A stretch of DNA of 62,023 bases, filler included. It is 14 parts of 14 records of this genome, joined end to end, with 100 filler letters (N's around TTAATTAATTAA, not from the genome) between each part and the next. Parts side by side here need not be neighbours in the genome. Positions count along the whole stretch, not along the records: positions 43,775 to 47,060 come from SRR15195285_8604; positions 47,161 to 53,759 come from SRR15195285_8608; positions 53,860 to 58,002 come from SRR15195285_8614; 11 more parts are not named here. One strand, given 5' to 3'. Below are positions 43,775-57,307 of the stretch, piece after piece. The first letter of the stretch is position 1. Each line of letters begins with the position of its first letter. Below the pieces are notes generated by a model. It worked only from the letters and a program-made list of their open reading frames with translations, was not told where the DNA came from and did not search any database. The position numbers and the translations under genes were made by a program.

Positions 43775-46700
43775 TACCATTGCTGCGTATCAGCGGGCAG
43801 GTCGATGGCACGGTGTCGAAGTCGCCTCGAAGGACTGGGATTTCCACGACCACATGCTCGACACCAGCGACCAAGAATGGCTAAAATCTCAAGATGCCTG
43901 GGAGTCGAACCACAAAACAGTTGATCTCGGAGTCGATGAACAGGCAGCGGTCAACGTTGACAGCAACGCTCTCTCTGATCAGGACGTTGCTGACCTAACT
44001 CGTGCGTTTCAAGCCGTGGATATGGATGGGGAAGGTTCAATAGACGCGGAAGAGTTCGTCATTATGATCAAGGTGATGGGTGGCGAGAGCACCACCTTGG
44101 AGCAAGCGGAAAGTGTCATGGCGGCAGCCAAGGAGAGGTTTATGCAGTGGCTCAAACTGCAAGACCAGAGAAGCATCCAGCTTTGCCGGGACATATGGGA
44201 GCAGTTCGATGAAGACAAAAGCAACTCTATGGATAAACGGGAAATCGATGCCGTAGTGTTGTGTATGCAAGAGCAAGGGGTGGACGTCGATCCGTTCCCC
44301 GAGGACGACATTGTAGCTGCTGGCGGTGAAATCCGGTTCGACCAGTTTTTGGAATGGTTTCTAGACCAAGAAGATGCGGGTCAATTCCAACCTACGGGCA
44401 ATGAGATGCTTAAGAAGAAAAAGTCGAGAAGCTTTCTCAAGAAGAGGAACGAAAAGAAGGCCGAGAAAAAGCAGACCGTAGACCGCGAGGCGCTGAAAAA
44501 ACCAGGGGAGCTGTTTTTTGCCGAGTTTGTCTTTATGCTCAACAACGACATGTTGGCTCAGTATCTTTCAGGATCAAACTGGCGCGAAGCCGTGGACGCG
44601 TTAATCAAATTGCGAGAAGTGTTTGACAGCTCCGACGTGGACGGTGACAACCTGTTGGAGTTAGACGAACTTGAGTTTGTTGTATTGAGCACGAATCCTG
44701 ACGCCTCAATATCAACGTAAGCCTTGCAACCATGAGGCGCTAGCCGTGATCAATTTTGTGGCACTTTATCAGCACCTTCTCAATCGTTGCATGCCTGGCT
44801 GTACTGCTGCGTTTTCAGTGAGGATGTCCAGAAAGTGTGGAGGGTGCTCAATCCAGAAGGCAAAGATGCGATCGTATTTGCGGATTTTGTGCGCGGAATG
44901 CTCAGAATTGCGGAAGATCCCGAATTGAAACATGTCATGCCACTTGACCGGCCGAACCGGTTTCAGCTGCTATCCCTAGTGATAGATGCGGTACGCCAAA
45001 TGCAGCCACCCCCTGCATCCAGTACTACCGCCCCGCCTGACATGTACAACGCTGATAATGCAGCCAACCAACGATGAGCTGGAGGGCGTTCTGCTCGGCC
45101 GAATGTCCGGGGTGGAGAAGTCTGGCGTTAAAGTCTTGAAGAGCTTGAAAGTTAAGAAGCTTTCCTCAGCAGAAATTCAAGAAATCGTTCGCGACGGCTG
45201 TCGCGGTCAATTGCACTATCTAACTCCCCAAGAGACGAATAGAGTGAACAAGCTACACTACATTTGCGTGCTACAGGCCCTTGCAATTGGGCTACTGACG
45301 ACTTTATTTCCTGGACTGTTAGAAAACTATCTGGTGTATACTTTTGAGACAGACGGAGCCATGGATGCGTACTGGACCTGCCCGGCCGCCGAAAACGACC
45401 CCGACGCTTTGCCAAGTGCAATGCAACCTCCGTATCACAACTTGTCGCTGACAGCGTGCCCATACGGTCTCTGCACGTCCGTCCCTGCGAACATCACGGA
45501 TTATCTAGAAGCTGGTGGCAGTGCGGCTATGGGCGGCGAATGGACAAACGAGCTACCTCTGACAGATGCGTGCGGAGTCGTCGACGATGGCGCAGCCTGC
45601 TCTCCACAGCAAAGTTGCGCAGCGTCCGATTGGAGACTTTGCACAGATGCAATAGAGCTTCAATGCAGCCCACTGGCCACGACTCCAATGGACATGGATC
45701 GGTTCGCTCCATTTTGGATCTTCAACTTATGGTGAGTAGCTAAGAGATTTCGTAGCCCATTGCGCTCACCATCATGCCGAGCGTACAGTCATTTCGTTGT
45801 CAGGAACTGAGTTGCGAATGCTGCGCGTCGCAGCGGCATCGTTATTGGGATCGTGTTTGAGTTGGCGTTGCTTAGTGTAACCGCTATTCGAAGCTCCGTG
45901 CGCGTAGCTGACTCCATCGACCTCAGACTGGTGCCACTGAACGAGGATCGTGCATTTGTTGCAAATATGTTAGTGCGCGCTGCGTTTGAGATGGGTGCGA
46001 CATTGCAGTTCTATGTTCTTGCCACCCTCTCTACTTCATCAATCTGGCTCTGATTCTGACGTCATCGTTCTATGCTCACTCTGTAGGTGACCCGGAAGGC
46101 ACGCTCATGGGAATTAACACAGACACCGGTGCGGACGACGAAGCTGGAGTGATTCGAGCTACATTGATCGCCGCCTGGTTTAAAGGCAAAGTCATTTTGT
46201 CTGGAGTCGTTCTGAAGGCGTTGACAGCAAGAGTCGTTCCGTACGATACGGCCACGTTTCTGAAGCCCTTCTCCGGCACAATGGCGGCTACAGCTGTCTG
46301 GGACGCACTAACGTGCCACTGTATCATGAAAGATGCCGAGTTGCGTGCCATCGGGGTCACGACTTCAGTGGAGGTCTTCAACGAAGTCGTTGACCTATAT
46401 CTTCCGATGTACGAAAATGACCCCAAGACGTTGTCGAAGATTGCTCGAGTTCAAATGTTGCGTGCAATAGGTGTGGCTATCGCCAAGCACGGCTCCATGT
46501 TTCCAACGATGGAAATATTGCTTCGGTGAGTTTCTGCCCCGCGAGAGTTGTTGGACCTGTTGTTGTCATATCGCCTGCAGCGTCTGCACCGAAATCCGCA
46601 CGTGTGTGGTTCTGAGAAACGTATCGACGCAATGCGCTCTACAGTCATGCCTTGGACTATCTAGGGATGAAGCGGAACAACGAGCTGTCTGCTGGTGGAG

Positions 46701-47060
46701 TACTAGATAATGAGGAAGGGTTCATCAAGGACTTCAAGTATCTTTCTATAAACGAATGCCGCGCTACGTTGTGCATTCACATGTTGTGCTACGCGCTGAG
46801 TGGTGGCATCCGAATCGATGAACTGTTGCTCTGGAAGAGGATGTTGGCGCGTGTTGAATCTCTGTACCAAGCAGACCGGAACAAATATGTGTCGACCCAC
46901 TTCCTGTTTTGCGAAACAGCAGCAATGTCTACGGTAGAGCTACGCAAGTTCATGGCCCAAGAAATTCCAGCCTTTGAGAAACCTTTAAATTTGATCCCCA
47001 TCGGTAGTGGTAAGCGACTAGTGACTTGCAAGACTGAAATCTGTCTGTGAAATCACATGC
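43775..47060 (+). CDS. Multi-EF-hand + multi-TM membrane protein (paralog A), probably truncated at both ends; introns 44717-44818, 44991-45063, 45732-45833, 45995-46086, 46526-46644
   Basis: EF loops DMDGEGSIDAEE, DEDKSNSMDKRE, DVDGDNLLELDE; TM helices flanking a Cys-rich loop; all introns are GT-AG and frame-preserving; clear similarity to 53936-57307. Confidence 0.85.
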
Positions 47061-47752
47061 NNNNNNNNNNNNNNNNNNNNNNNNNNNNNNNNNNNNNNNN
47101 NNNNTTAATTAATTAANNNNNNNNNNNNNNNNNNNNNNNNNNNNNNNNNNNNNNNNNNNNTTCTGACTCCGTCTGTGGACTGAATTCTGAGCCAGCATCC
47201 GAAATTCCGAGACCTGTCCGCACATCGTCGGGTGTCGGTGTCGCACGCGTGGCAGCAGGCCGTCCCGCATTCGAGTACTATCTATCAATAGCTAGCTAGT
47301 GAGCAGTACCAAAATGTTTGCATTTCAAAATGGTACAATTTTCCAGTGGGAACCTACAGATTCTAGAAAACGTACCTCGGCTCTTGATTTTTGATGTTGT
47401 ATTTATGAGAATGTGCCTCGTGCATCCGAGCAGTGCATGTGGCAACAAAAGCTGTGATCGCAAGCGGGCAGGCAGCGGGATTCGATCCTGGGCCGCCCGC
47501 GAGCAGCCGAATGATTCGTTTGCCCTTCAGCCAAGCGCCGCCATGGATCAAGCAGCGTCGGCTGGATTTTGCAATACATATACCTCTTGTGATGTTTTTC
47601 AAGTCAAATATCCACAATCGACCCAAGGACGCGCGATCGGATGGGACGGTCAGGCGCGACGAGGGCGATCCAGGCAGCCCCGGCAAATTGCGCGCCGCGC
47701 CGCGTAGCCGTCAAAAACGGACGAAAAACGGCCACAGCTCCCGTGATGATGC

Positions 47753-48391
47753 TATGAGCATGGGCCTGAGCGCCCTCAATCGGAAGAAGGGAACCGTCCG
47801 CGGCTCTGTGCTTGAGTTGCCTCCTCGCGCGGTCGCTGCACTGCGTGCCTCGGCGCCAGTACTGCGCTCGAAAACCGGTCTCCAAGGCCGATCGTACGCG
47901 TCTCTGAGGGCGCTGACAGCGACTGCCCCGGTCGGTTATGGCAGCTCAGCGCTCATGGGCAGTCGGAGAAGCATCCCAACATGACTGTGGTGGCAGGCAG
48001 ACTGCTCGGACCCATGCCCACGGCTTCAGCACGGGAGCGGTGGCTTGTTCTCGTGCATTTTTGGACCCAATTGCGCAGCACGCCGCCAGACGAGCCAGAT
48101 TGCTACAACCGAGCTCGGGATGGAGGACTGGTAGCTCTTGCCGGCATAATACGCCAGTCAGACGCAGTGCAGACGCAGTGCAGACTGTATCGTGGGTCGC
48201 TGGGTTGGGTGGGTGCGTGGCTGCGTGCCCGCGTGCTCTCTCACAGGACTGACACGCGTCTCAGCCGCGCTCCGTACGTGGCCGGCAGAGACAGTATGTT
48301 TTATGATCTTGTCATCTCACGCCGGAAACAACGTCTTACATACTTCAGAAGCATGCCTGTGAGATACGCATATGTACGGGCCTCTACATGA
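47753..48391 (+). CDS. Possible small spliced hypothetical protein
   Basis: Two consecutive ORFs (MSMGLSAL... and ...RERWLVLVHFWTQL...) joinable through a GT-AG intron at about 47935-47996. No recognisable domain. Confidence 0.25.
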
Positions 48392-48548
48392 CGCAGTCGA
48401 TGGGGAAGCCGGAGGTTCGGAGAAGGCGAGAGGGGTGCGGGGGGGCGAATGAGTCTGAAGTAAACACTCAACGTCCGCACGATCTTCGCACCGTCCGTGT
48501 GTCACCCGACGCCTTCCTTCGCTGCCTCTACCGCCACCAAGATCTCAA

Positions 48549-51500
48549 CTATTTGCGTTGCTGTGACGCCTGCTGGATTTTTTGGGCTTTGCGAAACAGC
48601 TCTGTCATGCTATCCAGTTCTTCACGCAGCATTGCCATCTTGTGCTCCGCTGCCGCCGCATCTTTCTCTTCCTATCAGCGCACCAAGCCCGGGTACATGT
48701 AAGTCGCACCGGCGCGACACGCTTGCAAAAAGAGCATGCGCGCTAGGTCGTGCAATAAGCACAAGTTTGCCAGTGATCGCGCTATTGCTGGCGCTGCGAG
48801 CAATTCTTCACAGTTGTGGCGCCACGATAAATGTGCAGCTATTCGTCCCTTACCTTTTCACGCACGGCCTGCCAGCTTTCTCGTTCGCGTCTCATGGTTT
48901 CCACCTGCACGCTCTGCGCCTTCAACTCTGCGACATGCTTCGCTTCTGCCGCAGCAGCTGCGGCCCTCTGGCTTTGCAGCTCCTCAGCGGCAACCTCCCG
49001 GTACCGCGTCGCGGCTTGCCCCGCCGCGTTTCTTTCGGCCTCAAGAGCTTCCAGTGACATTGTTGCCCCCGTGAGTCGTTGCGAGAGGTCCATCTTCTCC
49101 TGCTGCCAAGTCTGCATACAAGATCGGACCATCTCGAGCACACGTTCCGTTACCACCTCTGCACCACCACCACCACCAATACCAGAGGAACCGAGCGACA
49201 CAGCGGTTCCAAGCCCAAGCTCAGACTGTACGCGCGTCTGTAGTGAAGACAGCCCCTCCTTCGTAACTTGCACTTGTCGCTGGGCTGCTCGCACCGCAAC
49301 CTCAGAATCTTCCAACGCTGATGCGATTTGCTGCTTGAGCTTCAGGAGCTCCGCGTCCTTGCTCGCGCCCGCAGTCGTCTGCGTGCAACATACGAGCAGA
49401 TTGGGGTCATGCCTGTGCACCTCAATGCCTGCAACGCCTGTGACGAGGCGCGACGTGTGATTCAAGGCAGCGCGACGTCCGAGGGCGCACCGCCTGTTCA
49501 AGTGCCGCTTTGGTCTGCGCGAGGCTTTCATCGAGCGACCGCATCTTCTCGGTTGAAGTCGATCGATCGCGTTCCGCTGCAACCAACTCGCTACCCACCG
49601 AATCCATCCTAGTGGCATCATGCAAAGCATTTTAGTGACGAGCCAAACCGAGGAGAGGTGCATTGACGAAGGCGACAATGAGTTTGCTGCTATCTCACCG
49701 CTCCCGCATCGCGAGCAGCGCAGCACGCGTCTGCTCAGCTTCCATCTTTCGAGCATTCTCTTTACCTTCCCTTTGCGTCGCTTCTTCTTTCATGCGTTCC
49801 AGCTGTTTTTCTAGTGCACGAAAACCGGTTCTCGTGCTGTTCAACTGACATTCCAATGCCGCGACTGACTGGGCACTTTTACTGGACACATCCTCGGCCT
49901 TCTCGCAGTTGAATCGCATCTCTGCAATGGTAGTCTTTTGCTGAGCGATCAATTGCGCGTTCTCTGCATCGGCGCTCTGCATCTCCACGAGCCGCCCAGC
50001 ATTTAGCTTTGCTTCATCTTGTGCTGCTGTCACGCGTGCTTGTAGCTCAGATAGCTCTCGCTCGTGGTGCTTCTCCGCAGCCTCAGCTTCAGACTCCAGA
50101 CGGAGGGTATCTTCTCGACATACTTTCAATTCGTGCGCAAGCATCGCAGCCTCTTCTTGGCCTGCCTGACCTAATAACCTCGCGCGCTCTGCAGCGTCCC
50201 GTGACTCGCTCTGCGCCTCTGATAGCTGTGCCTCAAGCTGCTTGATCGTTTGTCTTGCAGAGTGAAGCTCGACAGTGACCCCATCGCGTGCGCTCTCTGC
50301 CGCCTGATGCAGCAACTGCGCCATCGATATGTCCTCACATTGCGACTCCGCTTCTGGTTGGGGCTGCGGCACAGCCTCCGGCTCGGAAGTCGCAGGTGCA
50401 TACAGGTTTGAAACCATGGTGGGCGGGCTGTAATTAACGGCCGCGCTGGCTTCACGCAGCGGCGTAGGTGTGAGGAACGGCTGCCTTGGCAGCACCCAAA
50501 ACTGGGTGGACAAGGCCGTAGCTTCTCTCTCCGCGGCTGCCTTCGCTGTAGCATTCTCCTGAGCTGCAGCAGCAGCCATCTTCTGCGCAGCGGCTATTCG
50601 CTTCTCAAGCTGTCCAACAGAATCCCGTGATGCTTGCAGCTCCGCCTCAAGCTGTACAACAGTGCCCTGTGATGTTCGGAGCTCCATTTCAAGCCCAGAC
50701 GCTCGCTCCTGCAGCTCTGCGATCTCAATCGAGGATTTGTGAGCATCTGCCGTCGCCAGCCTTTTCACAGCATCAACTGGTGACTGATGAGACCGCAGCC
50801 CAGTCTTAGGCTCTGGCTCAGGCTCGGGTTCTGGCGGCCTTGCAAATGGAACCTTCGGCTCTACCCAAACGAACTCTGTCTCGTACGGTACAGCATGGGC
50901 GGAATGTTCATCCATCGCATGGGCTGCGTTCTTTTGCACTGTGACGGATATGGGATCTCGTAGCTGTTGACGATTAAGCGGCGGGAGCTCAAGCTTGGTC
51001 TTGACTTGAAGCTGCGGCGCGGGATCGGGTTTGGGATCGGACCGTGTGCCCAACGGCGCCGTGTACACGTTTTGCGGTACGTGGGGCGGAGTGTACAATA
51101 CTGGATCCGTCGACGGCCTAAGCGGCGGTGGTGTAAGAAATGGCGCGAAGCGCGCATCGGTTGACCAGGATGTTGACTTCATCTTCCTAGCGGTAGCCAG
51201 GTGCCTCTCTAGATCTGCACACTTTCGAGTCAGCTCATCTAACTCGGACGTGTGACCAAGCTTCAGCTCAAGCATGTCCTCCATGCTCCACGTATCCTCG
51301 CTCTGCAGTGTTGCCAACTTGGCCTGTGCCGCGTCGCGCGCCTCAGCACACTGCTTTAGCTCAGAGCGCGTGGCTGTTAGCTTCTGCGAGAGAAGTGCCA
51401 GGTCCTTCCGGAGCTGTACGCCAGAAGATCGTTCCTTTTCCACAGTCTGCTGATCGGTGCGCGTCCTCCGTAGCTCCTCCTGTGCTTGGGCCAATGCCGC

Positions 51501-52880
51501 AGCATCATCCTCCGCGTCGTCTTCCAAGGCCGCGAGCAGTTCCTTTGTGGCAGCTGCGTCTTCCTCGGCCGCCACAGCACGAAGCCGTAGCACGGCAGCG
51601 ATCTCTCCAAATTGTGCAATCTCACGTGCCTGCGCCTCTTGCTTGCTGATTTCTGCAGACAGCTTGTTGCGCACCTGCTGCTCTAGCTTTACTGACGCGA
51701 TTTGCTGCGTGCGCGTGTCTTCGAGATCCTTCTGCAATGAACGAATCCTGCTGCGCAGTTCTTCTTCCCGAGCTGTCGCCTCAGCAAGTGCTGCGTCACG
51801 TTGCCGCTCGGCAACTGTAACCGACGCACGCAGCTGTTCCTGAAGCTCTGCGCTGGACGACAGCTGCTCGTCTCGTGCTCGCAGCTCCGTGCGCAGACCT
51901 GTCACCTCTCTCTCCATTGTAGCTACCTCCTCTGAGTGATGCTGTACCCTTTCTTCTGCTTCATTCGCGTTAGACTGCCACTGCTGCACACTCTCCTCCA
52001 GCTCGGCAACTTTGCGCGCCTGAGCACCTGGGCGTACTACTAGCTGCGCGTTGGCTGCCTGTAACCGCTTTTCTATAGCCGCGCTGCGTTCCTCCTCTGC
52101 GTCAAGCTTCGCGCGCGCGGCCTCAGCAATCGCTGAGGCTCGCGCTGATGCCAGCCTAGCGGCCGTTCCTTCCTCCTCCAGTACGTCAATTCTGGCCGTG
52201 GCCTCGGCCAGTTCCCGTTCGAGTTTAGCAGCCTTCTCAGATGCGATGCTAGCCTTGGACTCTGCGACGGTTGCCGATGCGATCCACGTCTTGGACTCTT
52301 GCTGAGACAGCGATAGGTCGCGTGCAAACTCATCGAGCGTCTGCGCAGACTCATCCGAGGCACGCGACGTTTCTAACCGCGACTCCGCGTGCACAAGGCG
52401 ACGTTGCAGTGCATCTAGCTCAACGCGCAGCCGTGCACTCTCAGCCTCCGCCGCATCCGCGGCCTCGGCGGCCTCCTCAGCCACCTGGGACGACTCCGCA
52501 GCGGCAACCCGCGACGCCTCCTCGATCGCTGCCTCTGATGCTTCGGTCCACCGCTCGCGCTCAAGTCGGCGCGCTTCCTGGATCTGCGCGATCCGCTCTT
52601 GGAACTTCTGCCTCTCTGCGTGCAGCGCTGCGCCCACGTCCTCGGTCGGTTGAGCTGTAGGCACCCATGCGGCCGCAGCGCCCGGGCCGCCACGCCGGGC
52701 CACCGCTGTCGTGCCACGCAGCCCGCTGTAGTCTGCATCGTCCGAATCCGACGAAGAGAGCCGCCGCCACCGCGCCCGTAGCGCACTCGTCGTCGTCATC
52801 GTCGTCGTCGTCGCAGGCGGCGTGCTGGCGACTGAGCCGCCTCGCCGCATCGGCAATGGCTGCTGCCGGTCCATCATCAT
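48549..52880 (-). CDS. Very long coiled-coil protein; introns 49609-49698, 49379-49490, 48672-48853
   Basis: 1061-aa first ORF, then in-frame spliced exons (R|MDSVG, A|TTAG, K|EEKD...QQRK*); heptad-rich. Confidence 0.8.
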
Positions 52881-53935
52881 CAGCAGCCTAATGACTCTTT
52901 CCTCCGCTCAGAGCCCCCCTCTCCCCACCTCTGCCTCTCTCCCCGTGGGAGTGCACAGAGACAGACAGCGACCGAGAGAGAGCAAGCGAGCAAGCGTGTG
53001 TGTGTGTTTGTGAGAGAGAGAGCTAGCGCGCCCGTCCCTGCTGGTGTGGGAAGGAAGGCATCAAGCCCTGGAGCTTGTTCATCATCAAGCACCGCCACGG
53101 CCGCATGGCGTATCAATCATTCAATCGCGGCCATGCACCCGCCACCGGCCGGTCGCTCAGGTAGTAGCTACCGGAGGAAATGTATACTACATATACATGT
53201 ATTTCAATATACCTATTATCATAGAGGTAGCCGGACATATGTACAAATTCGAGAATTCACTGAGAAATAACCGTTCACTCCGTTGACCACCTGGATCGGA
53301 GAGGGAGACGTTCCGCGGATACCGATACGCTGTAACCGTGTAACGTGTAACTGTAAGAACCTGGAACTGATTTTTGTCGATTTTGGGACAGAGGCAGCGA
53401 AAAGTCTGTATTTTTCAATACACAGTCGCATTGTTGTCGTCGACTCGGGAGCACGCGCCGTTGACTTGGCGCCATGCACACATTCGACACATGCAGTCCG
53501 GGTACCAGTACAGGGGACAGGGCCGCGCGCTCCGCAGTCCGCACGGAGCCGCGTACCGAACGAACGGCCGTACGCCACCGCCCGGTGGGAGCGGCAGCGC
53601 CACTGCTGCACCAGCTGAGCCGTCCAGTGTCTGTCACTGTGTATTGACATGACGGTGAATGATAGCCGTGTTTTCTTGGCTGTCTTCCGTACTGATACTC
53701 TCTCATACAGTGTGGTTTCGGAGTGACAGAGGTGGCTAATTCGATCGATGAGTCGACCTNNNNNNNNNNNNNNNNNNNNNNNNNNNNNNNNNNNNNNNNN
53801 NNNTTAATTAATTAANNNNNNNNNNNNNNNNNNNNNNNNNNNNNNNNNNNNNNNNNNNNGCAGCAGCAGCAGCAGCAGCAGCAGTCTCGTTACTCGAACG
53901 GGCAAATGCAGGTAGCTCACATCACCTGGCAAGCT

Positions 53936-56900
53936 TCAGTTACTTTTTGATTCGGCCACTAGGATGGGTACTGCGTGATTGGATATCATTTGAACGCAAT
54001 GACTCTGCCGCTGCAGCCCGTCTATTGCAAGAGCTCTGGAACTTACCATCACGAGGGCAATGCGTTCCCACACCCGAAGCTGATCCGGTACAATCCCGCC
54101 GTCAAGTGCTTCTGCCAACAGATGAATCCGTAGCACTGTCTGTCGCTCTGCAACCGTCAGCCCTCCCTCGCGTTGCCGCAGATCATTTAAAAATCGTGGC
54201 GTGGAGTCCAATGATCCTGGCTGTTGAACGAAACTAGAACCTTTTAGACCTGTTCAAAACGCAAGCAGTCAATCAGTGCGCTGTGTTCGGCCTAACACCC
54301 GTGTCTGCCAACTGAGTCGAATCTGCCTCGGCGTCTGGCGTCTCGCGCTCGTGTGCGTGCGTGAGTGCGCGAGTGGGTGCCGAAGTGTGCTCTCTTTATG
54401 GCGCCTGTGCTCACCAAAGTATTGAATGGCGTGACGCAGAAGTAGCTCCATTGCAGGGTGCATAGAATTGTGCAGCACGATGGCCACTCCTATGGCACGC
54501 ACGCACTGCTCCTGAAAGAGGCGGCGTTTCTCTTTGGCAGATTTGTCGCTGGCCTCAACCGACATGTCCACCAATCCCGAGTCCACACTGGCTACAGCTT
54601 CTCGCTCGTGCTGTCGCATAATCTCATTGAAAACCTCTGTGGCTGTTGAGATGCCCTACAAAACATCGCGAAAGTAGAAAACTCAATGTCATGGGGAAAC
54701 GGTTGACACACAGAAGAATCAGTATCTTGCATAGATAGATATCAGGTCTATGCAAACGACTAGCAAATATTTTTCAAGACAGAAATACTGGGAATTGTAT
54801 CCTGCCTAGTCAAACGGTGGTTTGTTGTTCATGGCAACTAAGCATCGACCACGTACGGCTGCAACGAGGTTGACCCGCTCCATTGCCACTGAAAAGATCA
54901 AAGTATCCCAGAAGCAGCAGGCAAAAATTGGTGCATATGACGTTACCCAGCTGTATCGTGGTACACTGAGCGACAGCTTCAAGATGACTTTGACAACGCC
55001 CGACAAGAGCGTCACCTTGCCTGCATAGATCACTGCGACAGCCGCTAAACGAAGACGCCGCATCGCCATCGACTCAACCTCTGGATCGATGGAGAGCACC
55101 TGCTCCACAAGATGCAATCGCATGTCAGGTTAAAGCTCTCTCCATGACTTGTGACTATATCTACTGTTGATGGAACCGGACGTTGCCTAGTCGTGCAGGT
55201 CTCAATTCACAACGCAGCTCCACTAAGACTCTTCTAATCACTTAGCACGGATCTGAAGACTGGGAATATACCGGCGACTTCGAGTTGCCCATTTCAAAGC
55301 ACGGTCGGATCAGAGCATTGGCCACGAAGGCGCGTTCAGGGTTGAGTGGGTACAGGCGGTATTTGTACTCGGTAGCGATGCGACAGGCGAAGTTCACCGC
55401 AAACAGTCCAAGCAGCAAGAGCTCTGTCCCCATCCAGAAAGCGACCGACAATCCATCGATGGCGATAAATTTTAAGATCTTATCAGTACCTGCCACCTCG
55501 CAATCCTGACAATCCTGGCATTCGACTGGGTCTTCAGGCCACCCACAAGTGTCGCAACCTGGAACATACGGTGGCCAGTCTCCGATGATGCCATCCCCAG
55601 AGCTGACGTTGTTGCACATGTAGTAATTTTCCCAGATGCCACTGTTGCCCGTCGTCCACATCGCATAGTTTTCGATCATTGCCACGAACATATTGCACAC
55701 GAAGCCGATGAGGCACGCTGTGAGTCCCATGTTTCGTTTATGCCGCCTAATTTTGTGGCGGGTCGAGTCCTCGAGCACATGGAGCTCACCAGCACAGGCT
55801 TGGCGCAGAGTGTCGCGTAATTCATCCTTGTTCAGATTTTCTGGTGTGAGCCACTTCAGTGTCCTGTTCCCAATTTTCTCGAAGAACGAAAGCCCATCTT
55901 CCAGATGGTCGGCCGTTTCTTGCGAGGTCTTAATGTCAATCAACAGCGAGACCAGCTCCCACTCGTTCGGACGTGCAAGATTGCTCAGCATATGGCCCAC
56001 CTCAGGATCCGCACGGGCTGTCGGTAGCCCTCTCAAGAAGTCCTCCCAGGTCAACGACTCAGACTGGAGCTTCGCAGCAGCGGAGACCTCGTCTCGCTCC
56101 AGGCAGCTCCTGTAGAGCTGCAGCACCTCGTCGCAATTGAGCTCGCCTCGGCCAGTAGAGTCAAAACGAAGGAGCTCTTCTTTCGCTACCACTTTCAGCT
56201 GCGCTTGAGCCCGTGCCACAGCCACAACTCTGCGGGATGAATTCTTAGTGGTGAACCGACCACGATCGAACACAAGCTCGTCCAGTATCCTTTCGAGTTC
56301 TTCTGAATTGATGGTGCCAGACGTATCTTCGTCGTACTCGGCAAAAAGTCTTCGCACCTCCCGCACATCTTTGTCCCTCGGCACGAGCGCGTACCACAGT
56401 CTGTCAACTTCTTCTGGGCTCGGAGGGTCGTGTGGTCGAAGTGCAGCGAGTACTAGCTCCAGCTCGCCACGCTGCATATGGTTGTCCCCGTCGACGTCAG
56501 CGACATCGTATGCCCGCCTCAGATTGCGGATCTCCCGCACACGCGAACGCCAATCCTCGTCACTAAAGTACTGCTCTAGATAAGGGCCTCGTATGAATCT
56601 GACGAACTCCTCGTCGCTCAGCTCGTCTTCATTAGTTGCAGCCTCTATGGATTCTTCCTGTCCGGCCTCTTCCTGCAACCCGTGCGCATTCGTGTCGCCA
56701 AGAAGCTTGTTGCGTTCCTCCTCGTGATGCCTTTTGTACCAGGCCAGATTACTGTGTGCCCCGAGTGCAAGCGCGGCGTAGTCTCGCTCGGCATATCGGG
56801 CCCGAGCCGCAATTTTCTTGCGGTGCTTCCGATGTGTGAGCCACTTTCTCCGTACGACGATCCCCACGGCAGCATCCATACCGTACTCGCTTCCGCCGCC

Positions 56901-57307
56901 CGCAGCAGCCTCCGCACTGTCGTGCGCGAACAGGGACGCATCATCGTCCGCAGGCGTAGCAGCCTTTACCCGCTTGATCTGCTCCTTCACGACGGTGGGA
57001 GTGACAGTGGCACCAATTGCCACCAGTACCGCGTGTAACTCTGAGGCAGAGATACGATTGTCTCCATCGACGTCACATGCCTCGAACGCGGCGACAATAT
57101 CCGGAAGGTCTGCGCTGTCGTGCGTAACACTGGTGCTCACTTCTTTTGCCCAACGTTCAATTTCTTTCGCCTGCGCACCCAAGGATCCATCATGTGAAAG
57201 GCAAGGTGGGCAGGAAGAACGGAGCCCGCACGTGTGACTGCAGCAGACCTGCTGCTCCGTTTCGTCGAGGTCCCACACTTGGCCGTCCTCCCTTCTGGGG
57301 CCCAACT
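53936..57307 (-). CDS. Multi-EF-hand + multi-TM membrane protein (paralog B); introns about 57171-57248, 55100-55271, 54656-54856, 54250-54414; true start unresolved
   Basis: EF loops DVDGDNRISASE, DVDGDNHMQRGE, DEDTSGTINSEE, DSTGRGELNCDE. LYPLNPERAFVANALIRPCFEMG, TATEVFNE and RAIGVAIVLHNSMHPAMELLLRHAIQYFG match paralog A. Confidence 0.85.
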
